Shown piece by piece: positions 11,801 through 33,840 of a DNA stretch of 64,000 nt. The notes under the pieces are model-generated. The model was not told the origin of the DNA, searched no databases, and saw only the letters and a list, made by a program, of their open reading frames with translations. Position numbers and translations under genes: made by a program. Position 1 is the stretch's first letter; each line of letters opens with the position of its first letter. The stretch comes from Phoronis australis (taxonomy: Eukaryota; Animalia; Phoronida). The stretch covers positions 117,165 to 181,164 of the forward strand of contig NMRA01000722.1 of the NCBI GenBank assembly GCA_002633005.1, written 5' to 3'.

Positions 11801-14575
11801 TTAGTTTTTTTACCGCCAAGTATGTTGCTTTGACAGCAAGTTTTTTTTTTTTTTTTTTTTTTTTTTGTTTGTTCGCTCTCTACAGGTCGCAATTCTGGTC
11901 CGATTTTCACGAAATTTGCACACAACATGTAGATCGGGAATCACTAGAACGCTATTNTTTTTACTGTTTTCGAGTCTGTTTTTTTGGCATCTGCCCCTCT
12001 GTCAATGAAACCACTCTAAGGATGATTGTGGAAATTGGCATATATGCAGGATCTTTATTAAATTTAGCAAGTGTATTTATATGAGCTTGACAACAAATGA
12101 CGATGATTTTCGGATGGATTCAACTACTAGTGTGCCACCTAGTGGCAGTTTTAGTTTTTAAATTTTACCTCTATCTTCAAAGGTTCACAACGGATTTTCA
12201 TAAAATTTGGCAGATAGGTATGTATTTGTTATTTGATGATATCCTCCGGATTTCTGTTTGATTCGTGGTATTTTGTGCCATCTAGTGGCCTATTTTACTG
12301 TTTTCGAGTCTTGTTATTTGGCGTCCGTCCCTCTGTCAACCAAACCACTCTAAGGATGGTTGTGGAAATTAGCATGTCTCTTCCTATATGTGAAGAGGAA
12401 GTCTGATGATGATTTTCCGACGACTATTTACTGTGGCGCCTCTTAGTGGCAGCTATGTTTTTTTGTGTCTATAGCGTCATAGTGGCAATTTTATTTTTTC
12501 GTTTCCATCTGTTTCTCAGAAGTTCCGTGATGGAATTTTATGAAATTTGGTAAATAACTTTAATGACACGTACAAGTTTTCGGATAGATTCGACGTATTT
12601 TGCACCATCTAGTGGCCATTTTTATGTTCCAAATAAACACCCCTAGAAGCACATCATTAGCGGTGCATTCGTGGGCGCATTTCATTGCTCCGTGTTGCTC
12701 TTGTGAAAATTGGCATTCTCAGTATGAAGAGGACGGTTTACGTTGACGACTTTGACTACCGTGGCACCTCCTGGTGGTAGTTCTGTTTTGTTTTGCGCCC
12801 ATGTATTCTCCTAAACCTACTGCAGGATTTTTATTATATTTAGTAAGTGTATTTATATGAAGCCAACAACAGACGACGACGACTTCCAGGTGGACCCAAT
12901 GAACGCTGTGCACCCTAGTGGCAATTTCCTTTGTTCCTATGAAGTTCCTTGACACATTTTTATGAAATTTTAGTAAATAGCTTTCTATTAAAGAAGAGAT
13001 GGATTGGACATATTTGCGCTATCTAGTGGCCATTTTATGATAAAAATAAAAAAAACCCTAGAAGCACCCTGTCTGTGGTGTATTCGTGGGCTCATTTCAA
13101 TGCTCCGCGTTGCTCTTGTTTGAGTTTGCAATTTCGACTCGACCTAATTGGCCACGCCTGTGACTAACTTATTCCTACGTATCCACAGGGTCACTATGTC
13201 TTGCCAACAGTGATCACTAACGTAGCAGACACGTCTCGACTGATGCAAGAAGAGATCTTTGGGCCTGTTGTGTGTATTGTGCCATTCAACACTGAAGAAG
13301 AGGTGAGTGATGGTGCAAGTCTCTGAGTGCAATTTTAGTTGGGAAAATTAAGCGCCCACTTTCCCAACAGATCGGGAAATGTATAACTGTCACATCATAG
13401 GTGGGGAGACAGGTATCAGCTGGGAGGAAAATAAATAATGCTTGTTTTCAAAGTATGATTATTTTAGTTATTGTAAACAATAACAATTTAATAAGCATAT
13501 TTTATCTACTGTATTTAGGTAACTGAAGGATTGAAAATTTAATGTTTGAAAAAATCATCTCATTTCTTAAAGTTTTCTGTTATTCATATGTGTAAGGTCA
13601 AGTTGGTTAGTAGTGGATGTTCGAGACGGGTGTATTAATTTTTTCTCCAGGTGACTGTCCGAGCCAACATGGTACAGTATGGGTTGTGTGCTAGTGTCTG
13701 GACCAATGACCTTGGAAAAGCCCACAGAGTGTCACAAAAACTGGAGGTATGTTAGTGATATTGTCACCAAAACTACAGGCGGAAAGCAAAGTCAAGTTTC
13801 GTTTGGACCAAATAGCATAATCATTTGCATTCAAGGTTCTGACTGGATGGAGTTTTGGTTAAAAAAATCCATTCCAATGACGTGCATTTGTTGATGCCCT
13901 GACTATTCAGTTGAGCTTGTAATAGTACTATGCATAGGAGTTTTAAGGAAGTCAAGTTTAAGAAACATTTTACTCAGACTGATGCCTTAAAAATGTGGGT
14001 CTTGATGTTGAATGTTATGATGCATGTTGTATAAATATTATAACTGTTAAAACGAAAATGAATATGGTAATTATTGTTGTTACAATTCAAAAGGAAACTA
14101 AACCTTGTTATAGCCTATTACCAGACATTTACTCTAACTACATCAGTTCATCTTTGAAATGCAATAGTGCTTTGTCTCCCTAAATAACCATCAAATGTTT
14201 AGAATAACACACTGAATGGCGCTCATGTTTGTGGTACACAAAATGACACGCTGAAATCAAAAGTTTCATACAGCTAGTGTTATTGGCCATTTATAATCGA
14301 TATGCCTGTTTTCATGAGGTAGGGCACATCGCCACTGACTGCAAGTGAAAGTAATTGTACCACTTCTTGTAATTTTTCTTTTAAGATGAAATAAACATTT
14401 AATTATTAATGTTTATGGTGTATAGGTTGGTACCGTGTGGGTGAATTGCTGGCTGGTGAGGGACCTGAACATGCCGTTTGGAGGTATGAAGGATTCTGGG
14501 ATTGGTCGAGAGAGTGCCAAGGATTCACTGGAGTTCTACACAGAGAAGAAGACTGTGTGTTTGAAGATTAGTTAA
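2635..14575 (+). CDS. ALDH8A1: Aldehyde dehydrogenase family 8 member A1 (2-aminomuconic semialdehyde dehydrogenase), 10 exons, ~491 aa
   Basis: GT-AG exons joined in frame: 2635-2825, 5535-5735, 6238-6449, 7785-7951, 8197-8267, 8678-8782, 9190-9358, 13189-13302, 13651-13746, 14426-14575. Motifs: [46 protein letters not shown] (catalytic Glu), FANQGEICLC (catalytic Cys), MQEEIFGPV, VWVNCWLVRDLNMPFGGMKDSGIGRE. Start could be 2662. Confidence 0.93.
3170..3457. mobile_element. Palindromic (foldback) MITE-like element in ALDH8A1 intron 1
   Basis: ggacacctaaggagg..atcgatgt..ttaattcctt..cagttgcccc is the imperfect reverse complement of gggcaactg..aaggaattaa..acatcga..cctcctaaggtatcc. Confidence 0.7.
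5036..5164. mobile_element. Short MITE with CAG(G/T)GGCGGAT-type TIRs; related ends at ~34256-34815 and ~49195-49228
   Basis: ccaggggcgaatcc...aaatccgccactgg inverted termini with G-run/C-run subterminal sequences; related ends recur elsewhere in the window. Confidence 0.6.
5535..5735 (+). CDS. ALDH8A1: ALDH8A1 exon 2
   Basis: ttttag|G; WSAVPPEERSKIMNKIAD...ESRDQGKP...[13 protein letters not shown]; donor GA|GTAAGT. Confidence 0.92.
6238..6449 (+). CDS. ALDH8A1: ALDH8A1 exon 3
   Basis: [45 protein letters not shown]; GT-AG boundaries. Confidence 0.92.
7578..7645 (+). mobile_element. tRNA-derived SINE head fragment
   Basis: A-box-like TGGCTCAGTGG and B-box GGTTCGAGTCC without a complete cloverleaf. 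Confidence 0.5.
7785..7951 (+). CDS. ALDH8A1: ALDH8A1 exon 4
   Basis: [36 protein letters not shown]...KKLSLE; donor GAG|GTATGA. Confidence 0.92.
8197..8267 (+). CDS. ALDH8A1: ALDH8A1 exon 5
   Basis: tttcag|LGGKNAAIIFGDVNISECINTTVR; donor AG|GTGAGA. Confidence 0.9.
8678..8782 (+). CDS. ALDH8A1: ALDH8A1 exon 6 (catalytic Cys)
   Basis: SSFANQGEICLCTSRIFVQTTIFNEFVDKFVQAVR; donor AG|GTAATG. Confidence 0.92.
9190..9358 (+). CDS. ALDH8A1: ALDH8A1 exon 7
   Basis: KLKVGDPKDSVNMGALISSEHWKKVVGYIDAAREEEATILCGHGVDSLDLPDRCKK; donor AAG|GTGTGT in phase with exon 8. Confidence 0.88.
9309..9642 (+). repeat. ~60-bp tandem repeat made of the ALDH8A1 exon 7 3' end plus donor site (~5.5 copies)
   Basis: Unit tgtgtggt(cat)ggg..atag(c/t)ctgga..tacctgacaggtgtaagaaggtgtgtatatcac; the first copy is coding. 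Confidence 0.92.
9981..13119 (+). mobile_element. Compound Helentron-associated (HINE/DINE-1-like) non-autonomous element with internal tandem repeats
   Basis: 5' ttttatgcgcccac..gtggacgcat hairpin, GTCC-like microsatellite, recurring ccccctagtggcaatttt / cataaaatttggc blocks, 3' subterminal gtgggcgcat followed by a short end motif (ends at 12704 and 13119); second 5' end at ~10797; inverted copy at 45852-47125. Confidence 0.7.
13189..13302 (+). CDS. ALDH8A1: ALDH8A1 exon 8
   Basis: GHYVLPTVITNVADTSRLMQEEIFGPVVCIVPFNTEEE; donor GAG|GTGAGT. Confidence 0.92.
13651..13746 (+). CDS. ALDH8A1: ALDH8A1 exon 9
   Basis: VTVRANMVQYGLCASVWTNDLGKAHRVSQKLE; donor GAG|GTATGT. Confidence 0.92.
14426..14575 (+). 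CDS. ALDH8A1: ALDH8A1 exon 10 (last)
   Basis: VGTVWVNCWLVRDLNMPFGGMKDSGIGRESAKDSLEFYTEKKTVCLKIS*. Confidence 0.93.
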   Translation, partial: VGTVWVNCWLVRDLNMPFGGMKDSGIGRESAKDSLEFYTEKKTVCLKIS

Positions 14576-16724
14576 ACTAAATCATCCTGCCGATTAAGTA
14601 GTGCTAAAAAGTTTTGTTCAGTCGAGCCGCGTTTCATTAAAAAATAATAATTGCATTCCATCTGATACACGTTGTACCAGACGTGCGCAGACCGCGCATG
14701 TGGGCCCGTTGCGCTGATCATCTGGAACCATTTTTGTGCTTTATTAATATATAATTAAAACCGTGCTGAGGAGCAGCTATACACCTGTCTCAACGGTCTA
14801 GCAGTGTGGCCCAGTGGGACTAAAACCTACAACCTCGAATAAAGAAGCAGTCACCTATCACACTAGGCCACACTGTCTCCTTTCTCCACGTTTCGTTGAA
14901 CGTTTTGGACTTTTTTGAAATGTTTGTGTTCCAAGGAAAGCTCACTGTAACAAGTAATTTGAATACAATACAGTTGGTTAGTGACGTGTGGAATGAAGCA
15001 GGGACGTTGTAGTACGGTTTGACTGTATCTAATTACAATGCTCGTTATAAAGGCTGTAATGTTGATTACTCATCAGTGTAGTCATAAATTCTACAAGATT
15101 GATTGCTGTAAATCGGCATCTTGTGTCAAAAACCACATTTTGAATGAGCAAACTCCATAAAATTCCAGTCGACTTGAGAAGAGTCCATTCATTGCCGCTT
15201 CAGACTTAGCTTCAACATTAAATTGCTTGTCATTTTCAAGGATTTAATTAACCACACTAATCACTTTACCACATTTGTAACAAAGAGGAGTCATATGTCA
15301 GTTTGAAACTGTTAGTACACTTGTGACATGCACTATTTGCTCAATTTTTTGGTTCAATAAAGCGATATTTTTTGGGAGCTCATGATTACTTCCCCAAAAT
15401 AAAATTTGCTCAGAATATTGGTTGGCTGGTAGTGAAATACTCAAAACTCCAAAAAAAATGCGAACACCTGTGGTAATTAGTTGTGAACTGTGTTTGAACT
15501 TGAAAAAAAAACGTGGATTGAAGAATTGGTGGAGACAGAAGTTGGCCAGATGGCGCTCAATTTTATGACACCCTAACTTGATGCATGTGATTGCTCTTTA
15601 AGTTTAACTGCACAATATTGGTTTGATGGCATTGTTTACTCAAGGAAGAGTGTATCGTTTAATGACATTAATTCTGTTTCAGATTTTATTTTGTAATTTT
15701 TGCTCATATCGTTGCAAAGCTCTATATTTGTATTTATACATCTTTTCCAGGCTGGGTGTAGAGTAGCTTTAAAGAATAGATTTGTTTGAGATTGTTAATT
15801 GACTCACGGTGTGCCTTAACTTTACAAATACTGTAGATAATCTATTGCTCAGTTATACTGATAAGTCTTCCTAAATTTTACTTTGAATTGCTTTGTAAAT
15901 GGGTGTAGTCAAATTTTTGTCAACATGATTATGTGTAAACTGTATAATGCAATATTGTTTATGTGTGTTTGTGTACTTAAGCATAATTTGTTATGGCAGC
16001 TATCTCTTATGGAAAATACTAAAGTGCACAATCTGATGAACACATGTGGAACTGTCTGAAAATAAAAAACTTCACTTGAATATGATTCTAACATTTCACA
16101 TTTGAACAAGATGTGAGCAAAGTAATGTCAGTTTTAATTTTCAGTGGTTTGCAAACTTAAGGCTGAGTGTGCATTTGGGTATAGTGAAAGTAATCTGTAT
16201 GGTTGAGTTTCTCTAGATTATTACGTACCTAATTATTAAGCTATCTGCCTCACAATACTGGCTTACCATTGGTAGTTGGTAAACAACAAAACTCAAATTT
16301 TGACACTGGCATACGAGACATTGTCATTTTCAAAGTGCCACACTTGGCAAGAATATTGGTTATTTGTGTGATAAAATTCCAAGACAGTTTTGAATTCGCA
16401 ACCTCTGCAATCACAGTCCAATGCTTTTGTAGTAGAACCAAGCCACATCTGGTGAGTAGCCGAGTATTTCAACCATACTTAACTGATAACTTTACAACCC
16501 TCAATTTGTGCGAATGACTGGAAGCCAACAGCAAGAATTGAGAGTTTGTAACAAAATCACAAAGACCTATGGATGTTTTCATTTTATAGCTCTGGTCAAA
16601 GCTAATGGCTTCCAAGTTTGTCCTCTCTATCAGTTGGTGTGCTTTATGTTGAACACAAAGTATACTGTTTGATATACGAGATCAACATCTCTCGTCAATG
16701 AATCTCATTACAAACTATTGTACT

Positions 16725-16965
16725 TTGCTTGATTGCATCAGGTTATGTTCTAAAGTAATAATACATCATGACTGTTGGATGTTTGAGTTGATTGCACCAG
16801 GTTATGTCAGTACTAGAGTAATGATACATCGTTTGTTGGATGTTTGAGTTGATTGCACTAGGTTATGTACTAGAGTAATGATACATCGTTTGTTGGATGT
16901 TTGAGTTGATTGCACCAGGTTATGTACTAGAGTAATGATACATCATGATTGTGGGATGTTTGAGT
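16725..16965. repeat. ~57-bp tandem repeat (~4 copies)
   Basis: ggatgtttgagttgattgcaccaggttatgtactagagtaatgatacatc recurring. Confidence 0.9.
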
Positions 16966-17039
16966 GTAGTGTGGTAAAATCTCCAATTTTAAACAAAAAT
17001 AATTACTGTACTAAAATTGGATGCTTTTAATAAGAGTAG

Positions 17040-17228
17040 CATCTTTGAATGCACTTGGTGACATTCAAGAAAACTCTAATACATTGTCACCAGTGGATCT
17101 TTGAATGCATTAGGTTATTTACAAGAGAACTCTAATACTTTGCCACCAGTGGATCTTTGAATGCATTAGGTTATTTACAAGAGAACTCTAATACATTGTC
17201 ACCAGTGGATCTTTGAATGTATTAGGTT
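17040..17228. repeat. 56-bp tandem repeat (~3.3 copies); duplicated at ~18185-18315
   Basis: atctttgaatg at 17041, 17097, 17153, 17209. Confidence 0.9.
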
Positions 17229-17619
17229 AAAAAAGACCTATTATGTTCATGACTTTCTTAGTCTAAGTTTAACATTTAACCATTGTCTTCCAATTATTAG
17301 TTTTGTGTTGAGAAACATTTTTGATTTGGATAGACAAGCTCAATACACTAGAACTTCATGGATTAAACATAAACTTCTTAAATTATATCATTGAAATTTT
17401 TTCTGCAACAATGTATCACATTCATTACGCCACATCTTAAATGTCAATTGTCATATAGTGTTTGATTTTACATTATTTCTGTTTCTGTTGAGGAAAGATA
17501 TTATATCTGAAAATTTCAGTTGATCCATTCTTGTTGTTTTATTTACCTATATATATTCTACATGATATGGCTAAGAAATGTCCTCAGGGTGACGAAGTTT
17601 TGATCATGTAAAACACGTG

Positions 17620-18026
17620 TAGTGACATAGTGTCGCTGTATCTATAGCCACTTTAATATATGTTGTGACATACAGTCACTGTGTCTATAGCCACTAACAT
17701 TTTGTGACATACAGTCACTGTGTCTATAGCCACTTTAACACATGTTGTGACATACAGTCACCGTGTCTATAGCCACTTTAACACGTTGTGACATACAGTC
17801 ACTGTGTCTATAGCCACTTTAACACATGTTGTGACATACAGTCACCGTGTCTATAGCCACTTTAACACATGTTGTGACATACAGTCACCGTGTCTATAGC
17901 CACTTTAACACATGTTGTGACATACAGTCACTGTGTCTATAGCCACTTTAACACATGTTGTGACATACAGTCACTGTGTCTATAGCCACTTTAACACATG
18001 TTGTGACATACAGTCACTGTGTCTAN
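17620..18026. repeat. 43-bp minisatellite; second array at ~18710-19030
   Basis: Unit tgtgacatacagtcac(t/c)gtgtctatagccactttaacacatgt. Confidence 0.95.
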
Positions 18027-20243
18027 TGGCTGTTGGATGTTTGAGTTGTTTGCACCAGGTTATGTACTAGAGTAATGATACGTCATGATTGTGGGATCTT
18101 TGAGTGTAGTGTGTTAAAATCTCTCCAATTTTAAACCAAAAAATAATTACAGTACTAAAATTGGATGCTTTTCATAAGAGTAGCATCTTTGAATGCACTT
18201 GGTGACATTCAAGAGAACTCTAATACTTTGCCACCAGTGGATCTTTGAATGCATTAGGTTATTTGCAAAAGAACTCTAATACATGTCACCAATGGATCTT
18301 TGAATGTATTAGGTTAAAAAAGACCTATTATGTTCATGACTTTCTTAGTCTAAGTCTAACATTTAACCATTGTCTTCCAATTATTAGTTTTGTGTTGAGA
18401 AACATTTTTGATTTGGATAGACAAGCTCAATACACTAGACCTCATGAATTAAACATAAAAACTTCTTAAATTATATCATTGATTTTTTTCCGCAATAGTG
18501 TATCCACATTCATTCCGCCATATCTTAAATGTCAGTTGTCATATAGTGTTTGATTTTACTTTATTTCCGTTTCTGTTGAGGAAGGGTGTTATTATATCTG
18601 AAAATTTCAGTTGATCCGTTCTTGTTGTTTTATTTACCTATATATATTCTACATGATATGGCTAAGAAATGTCCTCAGGGTGACGAAGTTTTGATCATGT
18701 AAAACACGTGTAGCGACATAGTGTCGCTGTATCTATAGCCACTTTAATATATGTTGTGACATAGTCATTGTGTCTATAGCCACTAACATTTTGTGACATA
18801 CAGTCACTGTGTCTATAGCCACTTTAACACATGTTGTGACATACAGTCACCGTGTCTATAGCCACTTTAACACATGTTGTGACATACAGTCACCGTGTCT
18901 ATAGCCACTTTAACACATGTTGTGACATACAGTCACTGTGTCTATAGCCACTTTAACACATGTTGTGACATACAGTCACTGTGTCTAGCTACTTAAAACA
19001 CGTTGTGACAGCCACTGTGTCTATAACCACTTTATCTGTTAGCTGAACAGATACAGACCTCAAGAATATAGAGTTTTGCAACATTTTTCATGCTATTTTC
19101 CTTTCAGAACACAGCGCTATTCAACCCGAAAGTACCAACTTCAAGTGCCAAAAACCAAGTTTTGATTTCGGCCTCTTGCCATTATAGAGTTTGTCTCATC
19201 TTGCTCTGTTCTTTGTTCAACTGATCTCTCGAGTAACTGACTGTTCATCACTCCTTCAAAGTGCATATAATTTCCAGCCACAGCAAGCCTTGAAATCACC
19301 TGCAATTTGGCTAAGGAACAATTTGAGATCAATTTCATTACTAAGTAGTCTAAATCAAAAGGTTTAATCATTTTAAAGTATGTGTTTCGGCATGAGGAAT
19401 AAAAATAATGAGGAATCAAAGAACAGAGACCATGTGGATAATTTTGCTCTGAAATACATTCATCAACAACATGGCAAAAACTGCTTTTGGTGATCTTGTT
19501 TGGTAAGAAAAAAATCCTGCAAAACGCTACTGGTGTAAGCTGAATGGGGGGCATTTGCGGGGTTATAAATTAGGACACTGGGGGAGGAAATGGTGACATC
19601 TTGTGATCCATCTGCAACTAAACAATAAAATGGAACGCCAGGGCACATAGAAATGGTTGTATTTTCTCCAACATCAAGTCTGACCAGTGTGAATAACACG
19701 GAGCAAATCTGCTGTAAAAATAATATGAAAAGCACTCCCTAGGTTGTTCACAACACCTCACACACTCTTAACATATATAATATTCAATGAATACCTCAAC
19801 ATCATCGTGTATACCTCAGCGATGAAAATTTATACTTAAATTATAACTCAATTAAAATTGCACTTAAATAAGCTTTATACTAAACAACTAAAGATATAAA
19901 TTAGCAGCTTTCTATTGCATCATTGAACACCATGAAGCGTGTTTAAAACTTGGTACCAAATTCATAGTTGTTTTCTGAAAAAATCTAGAAAACGAGTTGT
20001 ATGATGACCATCATCATAAAACAAGGTGACACAACCATATGGTAGGAACACGGACAGTTTCTGTCACTGAAAAGCAAAGCAGTCAAAATTTTCCACAAGA
20101 AATATTTACCAGCAATATACTACATAAGAATCAGTCTGATTTAGCATCTATTTTGATGATACAGTGCAGTGGTCGCCTGGCTACTCTGAGTACAAAAATT
20201 CTTGACCACTTCCTTGTTGAGTGGCAACAATAGCACCTTGATG

Positions 20244-20438
20244 GTCTGTCTCTTCTCTAGTAAGTGACAGCAGTTGATAACATACTGAGTGGACACCCTG
20301 TGTGGTGAGTTATGTCTGTCTCTTCTCTAGTAAGTGACAGCAGTTGATAACACACTGAATGGACACCCTGTGTGGTGAGTTCTGTCTGTCTCTTCTCTAG
20401 TAAGTAACAGCAGTTGATGACACACGAGTGGATACCAT
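20244..20438. repeat. 70-bp tandem repeat interrupted by a transposon
   Basis: gtctgtctcttctctagtaagt at 70-bp spacing; the third unit resumes (gtgtggtgag) after 20964. Confidence 0.85.
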
Positions 20439-20961
20439 AAGCGTGTTCAACAGAGTGAGCGCCCGCTAGCGTGTACTCGCGAACACAAGGAACAGCTCCT
20501 GAACAGCTGTGAGCGCTCACTGTGTGATCCAGTATGGCGACTCTGAAGCAGATTGTGTTGAACGTCTTAGCCGATGAGCTTAACACTAACAGTCCTTCCT
20601 ATGGCGTACTGAGCGATAAATATGATTAATCTTTGCCAACAATTATTAATATCGGCAGCCCAAGACAACAACCGTGAAGGCTTTGGCCCGACAAGAATCG
20701 AAAATTATGTCGAGGAAACTGTTCCTCGCTACAGCGACCAGCAATTTAAGTCGCACTTTCGGATGAGTTGGTCAACTTTTGAGGTTAGTTTTTGTGTTGC
20801 AGAACCATATTGGGTTCATATGTTGCAGACGTGAAGCCTTCGCAGGACACCATCTTGGAAATCTAAGCGAACATGCTCTCGAGGTTGTTCGCGAGCGCTC
20901 GCGAGCGCTAACATGAACACAGCTGTTCAGGACGAGGGCGCTCACTCTATTGAACACGCTT
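20439..20961 (+). mobile_element. PIF/Harbinger-derived non-autonomous DNA transposon
   Basis: ~25-bp TIRs aagcgtgttcaa(c/t)agagtgagcgcc, 3-bp flanking duplication CAT (20436-20438 / 20962-20964), internal ORF fragment 'YVEETVPRYSDQQFKSHFRMSWSTFE' typical of the Harbinger transposase N-terminus. Confidence 0.8.
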
Positions 20962-21767
20962 CATGTGTGGTGAGTCATTTGCACACAAATATTGCCTACG
21001 AGTCTAACAAAATGAGCTAAAATGTTGATTAAAACCAGACACGGCATGGTAGCAAATGAAAAACGGTGCCATTTTCAGAAAAAAGGGTTTGACCCTGTAT
21101 GACTTCTAATCCAACAAATGCCCATGTGGGTTCATTGGCTGCACATAGCACTTTAGTAACCTAACATACAACTTTACAAGGTATGAACCGTATGCCATGA
21201 GTTTAACTACACTTGTACAGCTGACAAATATTGGCACCAGACAACTTGCTACTGGGCTGGTTGACAAGTACTGAACAATAACAAAGTCATAAACAGTGTG
21301 TGCCTGTCAAACGGGCAAGAGCAATTATAAAGGCAACTAACCATCGTGACTGTTTTCAAAACTGAAAAATAACTTTTACCCGACTTCAAATTTTCAAAAT
21401 CAGTGCATGATATGCAAAGTTATTCAGAAGAACTTAGTTCAACAACCTCGTCATGCAATTTTACACCAAAGGGCAAATTAGCCACGCCTGGTCTTCACCC
21501 ATTACACTGGGCTCCACCACCTGAGTGACAGCGTAGTTCTTACATCATGACGGAAATCAAGGGTAAACCCTAATTCACAACAAAGCAAGATTGCCAAAAC
21601 GTAGAAGGCTCAAAAAGCACTATAAACCTACAGGCACAACAGTTTACTTTATTATAACACTTCCAACAGTTTAAAAAGATTTTTGTTGTGATTCTAATAA
21701 CAGCTAAAAATAGATTATTATGTAACCAAACTCACCAACAGTTCCCATTTAAAGGACAAAAAACAGA

Positions 21768-22156
21768 TACCGTACCTGGACAGGTGAACACCTAGGGCAT
21801 TTGGGAAATTCAAAAGACAGGGAAGTTGTTAAGTAGAGCATGGGCACCTGAAAACAAAATTTTTGAGGTTTCAGGATGAGTGTTTACCAGAAAGGTTGAT
21901 TAGCTCACACAAATGCCCTCAACATTTTAGCAAGCAATATAAAAGAATGCTCTTGAGCCAAAACAACTCTTTCAAGCCTTTTTAAGTAAAAAGTGGCAAG
22001 CTGTTGTTGAAAACAAACTGCTTATTACCTAAAGCTTACCAAGTCACATTCGTTTTGGGAGCTAAAATTCTTGTGAGATTGGTGGTAAAAAATTAGAAAA
22101 TTCTAGACTGAGAAATATAAAGCTGAATGTGGGTGTTCACCCGAATAAGTACGGTA
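21768..22156. mobile_element. Tc1/mariner-pogo-type MITE just 3' of the macroH2A stop
   Basis: TA-flanked imperfect TIRs: ta-ccgtac...ggtgaacacc vs ggtgttcacc...gtacgg-ta. Confidence 0.6.
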
Positions 22157-22201
22157 ATCTCTAAGAACTGAAGACTACTAAGAGAGACATCTGTTGTGTA
22201 G

Positions 22202-33840
<11,639 letters not shown>

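Noticed and set aside
11607-12160. ~200-bp exact duplication inside the Helentron-like element
   Set aside because: Second copy starts right after the n at 11957; probable assembly overlap.
16890-18990. ~1.1-kb tandem segmental duplication (16890-18026 vs 18030-18990)
   Set aside because: The junction is a single n inside a minisatellite and the copies differ by only a few percent; most likely two haplotypes joined at a scaffold seam.
17620-19030. Regular 43-bp repeats resembling a CRISPR array
   Set aside because: Units are contiguous with no unique spacers, there are no cas genes, and the context is eukaryotic.
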